A DNA stretch of 64,000 bases from an uncultured Collinsella sp. (GTDB lineage: Bacteria > Actinomycetota > Coriobacteriia > Coriobacteriales > Coriobacteriaceae): assembly GCA_902464575.1 (NCBI GenBank), contig CABQJU010000007.1, positions 2,945 to 66,944 on the forward strand, given 5' to 3'. The translations under genes were made by a program, and so were the position numbers. Below are positions 19,858-27,971 of this stretch, piece after piece. The notes beneath the pieces were generated by a model. It was not told where the DNA came from. It did not search any database and worked only from the letters and a program-made list of their open reading frames with translations. How positions within the stretch are numbered: the first letter of the stretch is position 1; each line of letters begins with the position of its first letter.

Positions 19858-21573
19858 CTATTGTGCCGAGCCCGCGACGGGCTCAAAATGCTTGTCCTTC
19901 ACGGCAGCGGCCAGGCGATCTGCCAGATTGCGTACGCGCGGATCCAGGCGCGCGGCACCCGGGTTGACAAAGAAGCGGGCCGTGCAGTCCATAATGCGAC
20001 CAGTAATAACCAGGTCGTTATCGCGCAGGGTGGCGCCCGTGGCGGTAATGTCCACGATGCGATCGGTCATACCGACGATGGGGCCCAGCTCGATGTTACC
20101 GTGCAGCGAGACAATATCGGCATTCACGCCGCGCTCGGCATACCAAACGCTCGCGATGCGCGGATACTTGGTGGCCACGCGAAGCGATCCGCGACGGGCG
20201 TAGTTGCGCTCGGCCTGGCCAGCGCGCCACGCGGGCTCCGCCTCAATGAAAGTGCACAGGCCGTAGCCCAGGTCGACCAGCTGCAGCAGGTTGAGGTCAG
20301 CCTCGATGAGCGAGTCCCAGCCGCAGATGCCGCAATCGGCGCCGCCGCAGCCCACAAAGGCGGGCGCGTCGCTGGGGCGCACGATGACAAACTCGATATC
20401 TCCGACCGCGCCCTCACCGGCACGCGTGTCGCGACCGCGCACGATCAGGTGACGACCGGGATCGCGCAGCTCAGCGACGTCTAAGCCCGCTGCCTCGAGC
20501 ACGTCGAGCGTGTCGGCCTTGAGCGAGCCCTTGGGCACGGCAATGCGCAGCGGACCCTCGGCGCCACGGCCCACAGCGTGATCGCCGTCGGAAGCGGCGT
20601 CCTCGGCCGAGGTGCGCGCGGCCTCCAGACGCTCGAGCGAAAAGGCGAAGCCCGCCGCCGGCACCTCGATGCCGTCGCCGAACGCGCCGGTAAAGATGGA
20701 GTCGTAGCGGCCGCCCGAGCCCACCGGATCGGGCAGGCCACCGGCGTAGGCCTTAAAGACCAGGCCCGTGTAGTAATCAAAAGAGTTCATGATGGAGAAG
20801 TCGAACGACAGCACCTGGGCGTCCTCGGGAGCCAGGCCCTCGACCAGAGCACGCAACTCGCGCGTCAGCGGCGCGACGATACCGGCGGCCTCCAGCAGCG
20901 TGTCCACGCGGTCGAGCACCTCGGCACCGCCGTGCAGACGCGGCAGCTCGCAAATGGCGGCCTTGACGGCATCGGACTCGACGCTTGCCGCCACGCGGGC
21001 ATCGAGGCCCACAAAGTCGTTGGCGTGCACGCAGCACAGCGCCTCGGCAGCCAGCTCGCGATCCTCGCACGCCGCGAGCAGCTCCTTAAACGGGCGTACA
21101 CTACCTGCGATGATGCGTGCATCGGGCAGCGCCAGCTTGCGCACCGCCTCGGCCACGAGCGAGACAATCTCGACATCGCCCGCGGTATCGCCCGCACCGA
21201 TAAGCTCAAAGCCCAACTGGGTGAACTGACGCGAGCCACCGGCATTGCGCTGGCACTCGCGGACCACCGGTGCCTCATAGCGCAGGCGCAGCGGCAGGTC
21301 GGCCGCGCGCATACGGGTCGAGACCAGGCGTACGATGGGCAGCGTGTTGTCGGGACGAACCACCAGCAGGCGACCATCGTCGTCAAAGAGCTTAAACGGC
21401 GTATCCGCGATACGGCCACCTTCCTCGAGCGAACCCTTGTCCTCGAGCAGCGGCGTTTCGACCGGAAGGTAATGATGCTCCCTAAAACAGCCCTTCACCG
21501 TCAGCGCAATCTCCTCGCGCGCCTGAGCCTCCTCGGGCAATATGTCCCGGAATCCCCACGGTGTGGCCGTCAT
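19858..21573 (-). CDS. hisZG: Fusion of ATP phosphoribosyltransferase regulatory subunit (HisZ) and short-form catalytic subunit (HisG)
   Basis: 571 aa. The N-terminal ~330 aa are HisRS-like without an anticodon domain (FRDILPEE ... RPDNTLP ... QLGFELIG ... YYTGLVF ... GGRYD). The C-terminal ~220 aa are HisG-S (LRIAVPKGSL ... DLGYG ... RVATKYP ... DITATGATL). Confidence 0.85.
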   Translation of the reverse strand: MTATPWGFRDILPEEAQAREEIALTVKGCFREHHYLPVETPLLEDKGSLEEGGRIADTPFKLFDDDGRLLVVRPDNTLPIVRLVSTRMRAADLPLRLRYEAPVVRECQRNAGGSRQFTQLGFELIGAGDTAGDVEIVSLVAEAVRKLALPDARIIAGSVRPFKELLAACEDRELAAEALCCVHANDFVGLDARVAASVESDAVKAAICELPRLHGGAEVLDRVDTLLEAAGIVAPLTRELRALVEGLAPEDAQVLSFDFSIMNSFDYYTGLVFKAYAGGLPDPVGSGGRYDSIFTGAFGDGIEVPAAGFAFSLERLEAARTSAEDAASDGDHAVGRGAEGPLRIAVPKGSLKADTLDVLEAAGLDVAELRDPGRHLIVRGRDTRAGEGAVGDIEFVIVRPSDAPAFVGCGGADCGICGWDSLIEADLNLLQLVDLGYGLCTFIEAEPAWRAGQAERNYARRGSLRVATKYPRIASVWYAERGVNADIVSLHGNIELGPIVGMTDRIVDITATGATLRDNDLVITGRIMDCTARFFVNPGAARLDPRVRNLADRLAAAVKDKHFEPVAGSAQ

Positions 21574-21717
21574 CTGGTGAGCCTCCTCATGCTGTGCTTC
21601 GCGTAGAACAGAAGACCGGCATAGCTCCGCCGGTCTTCTGGGTACTTTAGCATACTAGAGTATTTGCGGGGAAAATCGTCCTCCTCGGCTCACAGCGTAT
21701 TCATTTGGAAACATAGG

Positions 21718-21854
21718 GGAAAGCACGTCCCATTTCGAGCGGCCATTCCGGGACACGCTTTCCGCTTGAAGCCTCAACGGGAAACCGCATCCCAGAATAG
21801 ACGCTCAGAATGGGACACGCTTTCCGCTTGAAGCCCAACCGGAAAGCCTGTCCC
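21718..21854. repeat. Array of alternating 14-nt inverted repeats (about 62-bp period) between the TIM-barrel gene and hisZG
   Basis: ggaaagcacgtccc (21718), gggacacgctttcc (21750 and 21812), ggaaagcctgtccc (21841); a degenerate copy at about 21778; the pairs form 13-14-bp hairpins. Confidence 0.8.
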
Positions 21855-21897
21855 GCTTCCAGCCACGGCTGAGACCCCGAACGGCGCCCCATCCCGC

Positions 21898-22734
21898 CTA
21901 GGCGCCGGTCGCGCGGCGATACACTGCTATCACCTGAGCATCGGCTGCCGCGGGATCGGCGAAATAGCGCCCGTCGTACGTCTCTGCCGAAACTACGCCG
22001 CGATAACCGCGCGCCACCAGCCTATCCAGGTCGGCCCGCATATCGCGGTCGCCGTCATCCCAGGCAAGATGTGTGGTGCCATCTGCCGCAACATCGACAA
22101 AGTGCACGTGGGCGACGTCATCGCCAAGCAGATCGAAATAATCGTCGATGGTATCCCCTGCTACCGCCATGGCACCCATATCAAGGCACGCCTTGAGCGC
22201 CGGATGGTCAACCGCGTCAATCATGCGCTTCGTGTCGGCCGCCGAGTTCACGATCATCGACTCAACCGGCTGCAGGGCCTCAAGCACCAGCCGCACGCCG
22301 CGCTCGCCCGCATACTCGGCAATCGAACGAAGCATCGAAGCACTACGGCCCCACGCGTCCTCGATCGGCTCATTCAAAAACGCCCAACCGCTCGACACCA
22401 TGACCTGCTCGGCCCCAAGCTCCACCGCGATGTCCACGACATTCTTAAAGTATGCGAGCGTACGGGCACGCGATTCCTCCCCGCGCGCCGCGATATTCCA
22501 CGGCTTGGGATTGTTCTGCTCGGGGCAAATGCCGACAATCCGAACCCCATACCGCTGCGAAAGTTCCTTCACCTGTTCGAGCGAATCATAGCCATGGCAA
22601 TCGACATACAGGTGCATCGCGCCCGTCCAAAGCTCGCAGCACGTATAGCCCGAGGCCGCCGCCGAGGAAAAGAACTCCTCAAGGTCAAAGTAGCGATGGC
22701 TGATATTCATAACGGCAAGCTGTGGATACTCCAT
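21898..22734 (-). CDS. Sugar phosphate isomerase/epimerase (xylose-isomerase-like TIM barrel)
   Basis: 278 aa from ATG 22734 with AAAGGTGG SD; ELW/HVHFVD-type TIM-barrel pattern; last gene of PTS operon 1. Confidence 0.72.
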   Translation of the reverse strand: MEYPQLAVMNISHRYFDLEEFFSSAAASGYTCCELWTGAMHLYVDCHGYDSLEQVKELSQRYGVRIVGICPEQNNPKPWNIAARGEESRARTLAYFKNVVDIAVELGAEQVMVSSGWAFLNEPIEDAWGRSASMLRSIAEYAGERGVRLVLEALQPVESMIVNSAADTKRMIDAVDHPALKACLDMGAMAVAGDTIDDYFDLLGDDVAHVHFVDVAADGTTHLAWDDGDRDMRADLDRLVARGYRGVVSAETYDGRYFADPAAADAQVIAVYRRATGA

Positions 22735-22817
22735 CTTGTCCACCTTTCGGCAAAAGGGCGCCACAGCACAGTGTGCGCGACGCCCCCTCTTACATTGTTT
22801 TGATTATGACGGATGCC

Positions 22818-23654
22818 CTACTGAACATCAAGCACTCCAAAGAATGCGCCAGCGATACTCACGAGCAAGATCACCAGCATAATGAGCAGCGGATTCATCT
22901 TCTTCTTGAGCATGAGATAGACGATTCCAAACAGCCCCATCGTGACAAAGCCCGGGAAGATTCCGTTGAGCAGCTCTGCCAGCGTCTGAGCACCATCGCC
23001 CGCGCCAACCATGAGCGGAATGTCCACCGTGACCATCTGCATGGTCATGGCACCGATCACCATAGCGCCCATGATGGAGGCCATCTTGACGATCGTATCC
23101 ATGATGCCCGACTCCTGGACCTTGCTGATCATGTCCGAGCCAAAGCGGTATCCCACAAACGTCAGCAGGTAGCGGATGATGTAGTGGGGAACGTTGAACA
23201 CCAGCAGGAACAAAATCGGACCGAGAATAGAGCCCTGCAGGGCCAGCGAGGTGCCGACGCCCGTGGCCAAAATTCGCAGCGTACCCCAGTAGAACGCATC
23301 GCCCACACCGGAAAGCGGACCCATCAAAGCAAGCTTGACGTTGGAAATCGCGCTCGTATCGAAGTTGTCCTCGGTAGCGTTGACTTCCTCCATTGCGGCG
23401 GCAATGGACATGGGGAGCGTCGAGATATACGGCGTGACGTTATAGAGCTCCATGTGGCGCTTGAGCGCGGCCTTAAAGTCCGCATCTTGCGGGTAGAGCT
23501 TACGCAGGATCGGCATGAGGGCCCACATAAAGCCAATATGGCCCATGCGCTCGTAGTTCCAGGAGTGCTCATAGGGAATCGAGCGCCAGAACAGCTTCTT
23601 AAGATCTTCGCGGGTAATCAGCCCGTCGTAGGAAGACTCAAACTTAAAACTCAT
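22818..23654 (-). CDS. PTS mannose-family EIID component (set 1)
   Basis: 278 aa from ATG 23654 (the 23669 start is TTG); WNYERMGHIGF motif and ManZ-like TM layout. Confidence 0.9.
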   Translation of the reverse strand: MSFKFESSYDGLITREDLKKLFWRSIPYEHSWNYERMGHIGFMWALMPILRKLYPQDADFKAALKRHMELYNVTPYISTLPMSIAAAMEEVNATEDNFDTSAISNVKLALMGPLSGVGDAFYWGTLRILATGVGTSLALQGSILGPILFLLVFNVPHYIIRYLLTFVGYRFGSDMISKVQESGIMDTIVKMASIMGAMVIGAMTMQMVTVDIPLMVGAGDGAQTLAELLNGIFPGFVTMGLFGIVYLMLKKKMNPLLIMLVILLVSIAGAFFGVLDVQ

Positions 23655-24435
23655 CGAACCCACTCCCAATCGCAGGATCCTCGGTCGCCACTGCGGGCTG
23701 CTCCGTCTTTTTCTTCTCGCCCAAAACCGTCATTGCGACGACGATGATCGCGGCAAAAATCGCCACGCCCGTCGTGCTAATGCCAAAGTAGGCAACGAGG
23801 AAGAAGCCTGCGAAGAAGAACGGCGCCACGGTCTTGTTCATAATCATTTGAGCCAGCATTGCAAAGCCGAGTGCGGGCAAGAAGGCGGCGGCGACATCCA
23901 TACCGGTCTGAACGAAATCGGGAATGATGTTGAGCAAACTGGCCACGGCATCGGCGCCAAAGAAGAAGGCAGTGGGAATGATCAGCAGACCGCACCAGCT
24001 CTGCGCGTAACCGGCGATGAGCATGTTGCGCGTGATGGCCTTGGTGTCTCCATCCTCGACGTTCTTGTCGATACGGTGCACCAGCAGCAGCATGACCGGC
24101 TGGCCCAGAGCCGTATCGAGCGCCAGAACGATCGTGGCGATAGGGATACCCAGGGTCAGCGCCGCCGAAGCGTCCGCGCCGGCCTGCATGGCAAGGGATA
24201 CACCCAGGATGGTTCCGGAAATCGTATCGGGCGGGTTGTAGGCGCCGACCGAAATGGCACCGACCATGGCAAGCTCCATCGTGGCGCCCATAATTGTGCC
24301 GGTCACCACATCGCCCATAACAAGGCCGACCAGAGGTCCGAGCACGATCGGGCGCTGGAGGTAGCTCGTGCCCGTCAGCCACTCGGAATAGCCCAAAAGG
24401 GCAATAAGGAAAATCAGGATTGTCTTGATAACCAT
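23644..24435 (-). CDS. PTS mannose-family EIIC component (set 1)
   Basis: 263 aa, polytopic ManY-like protein. Confidence 0.9.
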   Translation of the reverse strand: MVIKTILIFLIALLGYSEWLTGTSYLQRPIVLGPLVGLVMGDVVTGTIMGATMELAMVGAISVGAYNPPDTISGTILGVSLAMQAGADASAALTLGIPIATIVLALDTALGQPVMLLLVHRIDKNVEDGDTKAITRNMLIAGYAQSWCGLLIIPTAFFFGADAVASLLNIIPDFVQTGMDVAAAFLPALGFAMLAQMIMNKTVAPFFFAGFFLVAYFGISTTGVAIFAAIIVVAMTVLGEKKKTEQPAVATEDPAIGSGFDEF

Positions 24436-24443
24436 GACAGCCC

Positions 24444-24914
24444 CTAACCGATGACCTTTGCGGCGTCAGTCTTCGCATCCGCCGGAATCATCTGAATGAA
24501 CAACTCATAGCCCTCGCCGAGCAGCTCCTTCACGTATGCCTCGTTCTCGGGCGTAAGGAACACGCTCGTCGAGACTTGGCGGGCGTCCTCGCTAAAGGCG
24601 ACGTTACCCAGGTTGATCTTCTTAACGCCCATCGCCTTTGCGACGGCGCCGGCCTGCTGAATCGTCTCGCAAACCACAAAGAGCTTGTACTTGTCGGTCA
24701 CACCGCTCTGGAGCGCCTTGACGGCATCCTCGGTGTTTTTGACGACGACCTTGCACCCTTCGGGCTTTGCAAGGGACAGGGCCTGCAGGCGCAGCTTGTC
24801 GTTGAGGACCGTATCGCTCACCAGCAGAATGCAGTCGGCACCCAAAGCCGAGGTCCAGCTCACGGCAACCTGGCCGTGAAGCAGTCGATAGTCTACGCGA
24901 ATCATCTGAATCAT
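24444..24914 (-). CDS. PTS mannose-family EIIB component (set 1)
   Basis: 156 aa; RVDYRLLHGQV phospho-His motif. Confidence 0.9.
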   Translation of the reverse strand: MIQMIRVDYRLLHGQVAVSWTSALGADCILLVSDTVLNDKLRLQALSLAKPEGCKVVVKNTEDAVKALQSGVTDKYKLFVVCETIQQAGAVAKAMGVKKINLGNVAFSEDARQVSTSVFLTPENEAYVKELLGEGYELFIQMIPADAKTDAAKVIG

Positions 24915-24931
24915 GATGTGCTCCCTAACGA

Positions 24932-25348
24932 TTAAAACTCATCGAGTTCGGCCTGGCCCAGCAGGTCGTTGACGTACTTGACCTTGGTGTCGTCCGCCTC
25001 GACGATCTGACGAATGGCCTCGTCGATCGGAGTCGAATCGGACACGAACAGCAGCTGGATTAGAAGCGGCAGATTCATATTGGTCACCAGATGCGTGTTG
25101 GGGCGCGTCTGGACAACCTTGGTGAACTCGTTGTTGACGCTGCCGCCAAAGAGGTCGGTACAAACGACGACCTCGTCGTCCGCGGCAAAGCCATCTAGAA
25201 TCGCTGCGGCTTCCTTGGCCAGGTCCTCGTTTCCGTCGACATACATAGAGAGCGCATGGACGTTTTCGCGCTCGCCGGAAAGCAGGCCGATGCTCTCGAC
25301 AATTCCAGACGCGAAATGAGCATGGGATGCCACGATAAACTGCCTCAT
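24932..25348 (-). CDS. PTS mannose-family EIIA component (set 1)
   Basis: 138 aa from ATG 25348 with AAAGGGGA SD; IVASHAHFASG and TDLFGGS motifs. Confidence 0.87.
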   Translation of the reverse strand: MRQFIVASHAHFASGIVESIGLLSGERENVHALSMYVDGNEDLAKEAAAILDGFAADDEVVVCTDLFGGSVNNEFTKVVQTRPNTHLVTNMNLPLLIQLLFVSDSTPIDEAIRQIVEADDTKVKYVNDLLGQAELDEF

Positions 25349-25435
25349 TCGATTCCCCTTTCTAGCGAATTTCGGCATAAAAATGCCCGGACGCATGCGC
25401 CCGGGCAGGGTGCTTCTTACATGAGTGGTCAACTA

Positions 25436-26497
25436 TTAGTAGTCGAACTGGTGATAGTAGCGACGGTAGTTGAGGTTATGCTTGGTGACCGTCTCGTAGT
25501 AAGCGGCGAGTCGATCGGTAACCAGCGAGGACAGGATCCACGGAGACACAATGACGCGGAACTCGTCGTCAAGGCCGGGGATGGCGAACTCGGCGGTGTC
25601 GATGATGTTGATGTCGGTGTCGCCGGTCACGCCGCGGTTGAGGAAGGCGCGGACGCGCTCATCGAGCTTGCGGTTCTCGTCCTCGCCCATGAACAGGAAC
25701 ACGGGCACGCCCGGCTCCACGAGCTCAAGGGTACCGTGGAAGAAGTCGGCAGAAGTGATGTAGCGGGTGCGCTTCCACTGCATCTCCTCGAGGATGCACA
25801 TCGAGAAGAGGATGGTCTCGCCCCAGAGTGCTCCGGAGCCGATGAACATGGTGTAGGGCGCGAGGGCGTACTTCTTGGCGAGCTCCTCGGCGCGCGGCTC
25901 GAAGCGCTTGCGGATGTCGAGCATATCCTTCCAGATGTCCTTGGTCTGCTCGATGAACAGATCGAACTTGGGGAAGCAGCCGCGGCGGTTGAGCAGGCGC
26001 AGGCCGAAGCAGTCGGCGAGGTAGTAGCCCTTCTCGCAGCCACCGGAGCCGTGATCGGACGCCATGGCGACGCAGTTCTCGGCGCCGACAGCCTGGCCGA
26101 TGAGACCCTCGGGCTTGGTCATGGCGTAGACGCGGACGCCCATGTCCTTCATCTTCTTGACGGCCTCGAGGACCTCGGGGGTGGTGCCGGACTCGGAGGC
26201 GGTGAGCACGACGGACTTCTCGGTCATGCGCTTGTGGCCCATGACGTTCCACTCGGCGGCGTGGATCAGGTAGACCTCGAGGTCGCGGTCGCCGAACTTG
26301 TTCATGAGGTACTCGAGCTGCATGAGCTCGTCCCAGGTGCCGCCGACGCCCATCAGGAACACGGCGTCGTAGCCCTCGTCGGCGACCTTGTCGGCGAGCG
26401 CGGTCATCTTCTTCCCGGTCTCGTAGACGTTCTTGCCGTCCTCGACATAGCCCTCCTGGCTAAAGTGCATGATCTCGATCTTCTCAGTTTCCTTCAT
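25436..26497 (-). CDS. Double-SIS-domain protein, FrlB/GfrF-like (putative fructosamine-6-phosphate deglycase), paralog B'
   Basis: 353 aa from ATG 26497 (same N-terminus MKETEKIEIMHF as the paralog at 33405-34466); SESGTTPE SIS motif; C-terminal RRYYHQFDY. Confidence 0.82.
   Translation of the reverse strand: MKETEKIEIMHFSQEGYVEDGKNVYETGKKMTALADKVADEGYDAVFLMGVGGTWDELMQLEYLMNKFGDRDLEVYLIHAAEWNVMGHKRMTEKSVVLTASESGTTPEVLEAVKKMKDMGVRVYAMTKPEGLIGQAVGAENCVAMASDHGSGGCEKGYYLADCFGLRLLNRRGCFPKFDLFIEQTKDIWKDMLDIRKRFEPRAEELAKKYALAPYTMFIGSGALWGETILFSMCILEEMQWKRTRYITSADFFHGTLELVEPGVPVFLFMGEDENRKLDERVRAFLNRGVTGDTDINIIDTAEFAIPGLDDEFRVIVSPWILSSLVTDRLAAYYETVTKHNLNYRRYYHQFDY
25563..26413 (-). repeat. 851-bp tract apparently identical to 33532-34382 (inside the SIS paralogs)
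   Basis: Offset 7969. First mismatches flanking the tract are at 25562 and 26414. All six-frame ORF translations crossing it are identical in both copies, while the gene ends are diverged. Confidence 0.8.
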
Positions 26498-26547
26498 GGT
26501 TTGTCCTTTCTGTCCTGGACGCGACTCTATACATCGCGTTTCTTTTC

Positions 26548-26625
26548 GATACCAATTATAGACATACACCCGTCGTGTTTTTAATACCACTTTGTAATCT
26601 GTGCCGATCCTCGGTGAACGGTCGA
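26548..26625 (-). promoter_or_regulatory. Putative promoter/operator of PTS operon 1
   Basis: Sense strand: TCGACCGTTCACCGA box (26611-26625), GTGGTATTAAA box (26580-26590), TATAAT (26555-26560) immediately followed by TTGGTATC. The same box arrangement occurs at 29693-29738 and 35670-35761. Confidence 0.45.
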
Positions 26626-26667
26626 AATTCTCGGCTGAGTGGTATTAAATTAGAATTAGATGTATAT

Positions 26668-27882
26668 CTAGCACTCCTGACGCCTCCCCTGCGTGACAAA
26701 GAACAGCGTTCCTACCAACGCAATGATCGTCGATGCTCCAAACAGCACCGCTTGAACGCCCAAAGCCTCCGCCAAAAATGGAGCAGCCAGCAACGGCAGC
26801 ACGCCGGCACTCATCAGGCCAAAACGCACAAAGCCGGTAATACGTCCCAGGTATTTGATGTCCGCACGCTCCTGAATCAAGATCATCTGCAGCGGCTCCA
26901 AGAAACCCCACGCCAAGCCGTTGATTGCCTGGCCGATAATCGCCACCCCCAGCATATCGGTGCCCACGTACACCATCGATCCAATGCCCACCGTCATAAG
27001 CGACCCAAGCAACAGGCGCAGGTTGACATGGCGAGCCGAAAGCTTAGTCAGAGCGAAAGCGCCAACCGACGAAGTGAGGCCCACGACCGAGGACAGCCAT
27101 CCCAGCCAAACGATGTCGACGTTGAGTACGTCGCGGTAAAACAGCGACTCCAGCGAATCGAACGCGCCGAATGCGAAGAAGCCCAAAAAGCCCGAGATAA
27201 AGATGAGGCGCAGGTCGTGATTGCAAAACGTAAGTCGGGCACCCTCAACCATGCCGCCAAGGATGCCGCCCGCTTGCTTCTCCCCCTTTGCGGGGGTAAC
27301 GCGCTCGTGACAGCCCAAGGAGAGCACGGCAGCCACTCCCATCATGACCGCCATGAGCAGGTAGACAGATTGCGTGGCAAAGCAGCTCACTATCGCACCG
27401 CCAAGCAACGGACCGGCGGTATAGGCGATATTGCTGTAGAAGACCATCAGACCGTTCACACGGGTGCGACCCTCGGTAGTCGACTCAAGATATCCCGGAA
27501 ACGCGTGCGTACAGGTATTGATAAAACCACCTGCGAGCCCCAGAAAGCACGCTGCAAACACCAGCCCGGGAACGGACAGCGGCGCCAGGCCAATACCGAG
27601 CGACAGCACCGCCGTGACCGCACACGTCACAAACGACGTACGGCGCGGACCAAAGCGATCGATGACCGAGCCCGAAACCATATTGCCCACCGACGTCGTG
27701 AGGTTGCGTACGAGCGTGATGGCGGCAACCAAAAAGGCCGTACCAGCCAAGTCATACGTCGCCGCGCCGATAAGCCCCAAAAAGTACACCGCGTTGTTGG
27801 CGCACCACTGCAGGGACTCAATGAGAATCAGCCTGACTTCCGCCGGCGTCAGGCGCATTGCTTCGCGATCCTTCGCGAACAT
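26668..27882 (-). CDS. MFS transporter
   Basis: 404 aa from ATG 27882 with AAGGAG SD; about 12 TM segments. The 574-aa track ORF is an out-of-frame run-on into the upstream IID gene. Confidence 0.8.
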   Translation of the reverse strand: MFAKDREAMRLTPAEVRLILIESLQWCANNAVYFLGLIGAATYDLAGTAFLVAAITLVRNLTTSVGNMVSGSVIDRFGPRRTSFVTCAVTAVLSLGIGLAPLSVPGLVFAACFLGLAGGFINTCTHAFPGYLESTTEGRTRVNGLMVFYSNIAYTAGPLLGGAIVSCFATQSVYLLMAVMMGVAAVLSLGCHERVTPAKGEKQAGGILGGMVEGARLTFCNHDLRLIFISGFLGFFAFGAFDSLESLFYRDVLNVDIVWLGWLSSVVGLTSSVGAFALTKLSARHVNLRLLLGSLMTVGIGSMVYVGTDMLGVAIIGQAINGLAWGFLEPLQMILIQERADIKYLGRITGFVRFGLMSAGVLPLLAAPFLAEALGVQAVLFGASTIIALVGTLFFVTQGRRQEC

Positions 27883-27895
27883 ACGAACTCCTTCT

Positions 27896-27935
27896 AAACA
27901 AAAAGGGGACGGAGGGCATAGGCCGCTCCATCCCC
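27896..27935 (-). terminator. Intrinsic terminator after the orphan IIC-IID pair, 3 nt upstream of the MFS SD
   Basis: Minus strand: GGGGAUGGAG-loop-CUCCGUCCCC followed by UUUUGUUU. The U-G pair exists only on the minus-strand transcript. Confidence 0.6.
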
Positions 27936-27971
27936 TTACCAGGTTGCAATGACAATCTATGCAGCCGGATC

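Noticed and set aside
21574-21900. Classical his attenuator (His-codon leader peptide) or T-box riboswitch upstream of hisZG
   Set aside because: No run of His codons in any small ORF (the 63-aa ORF 21701-21892 contains no His). No AGGGTGGNACCGCG T-box sequence and no specifier-loop features.
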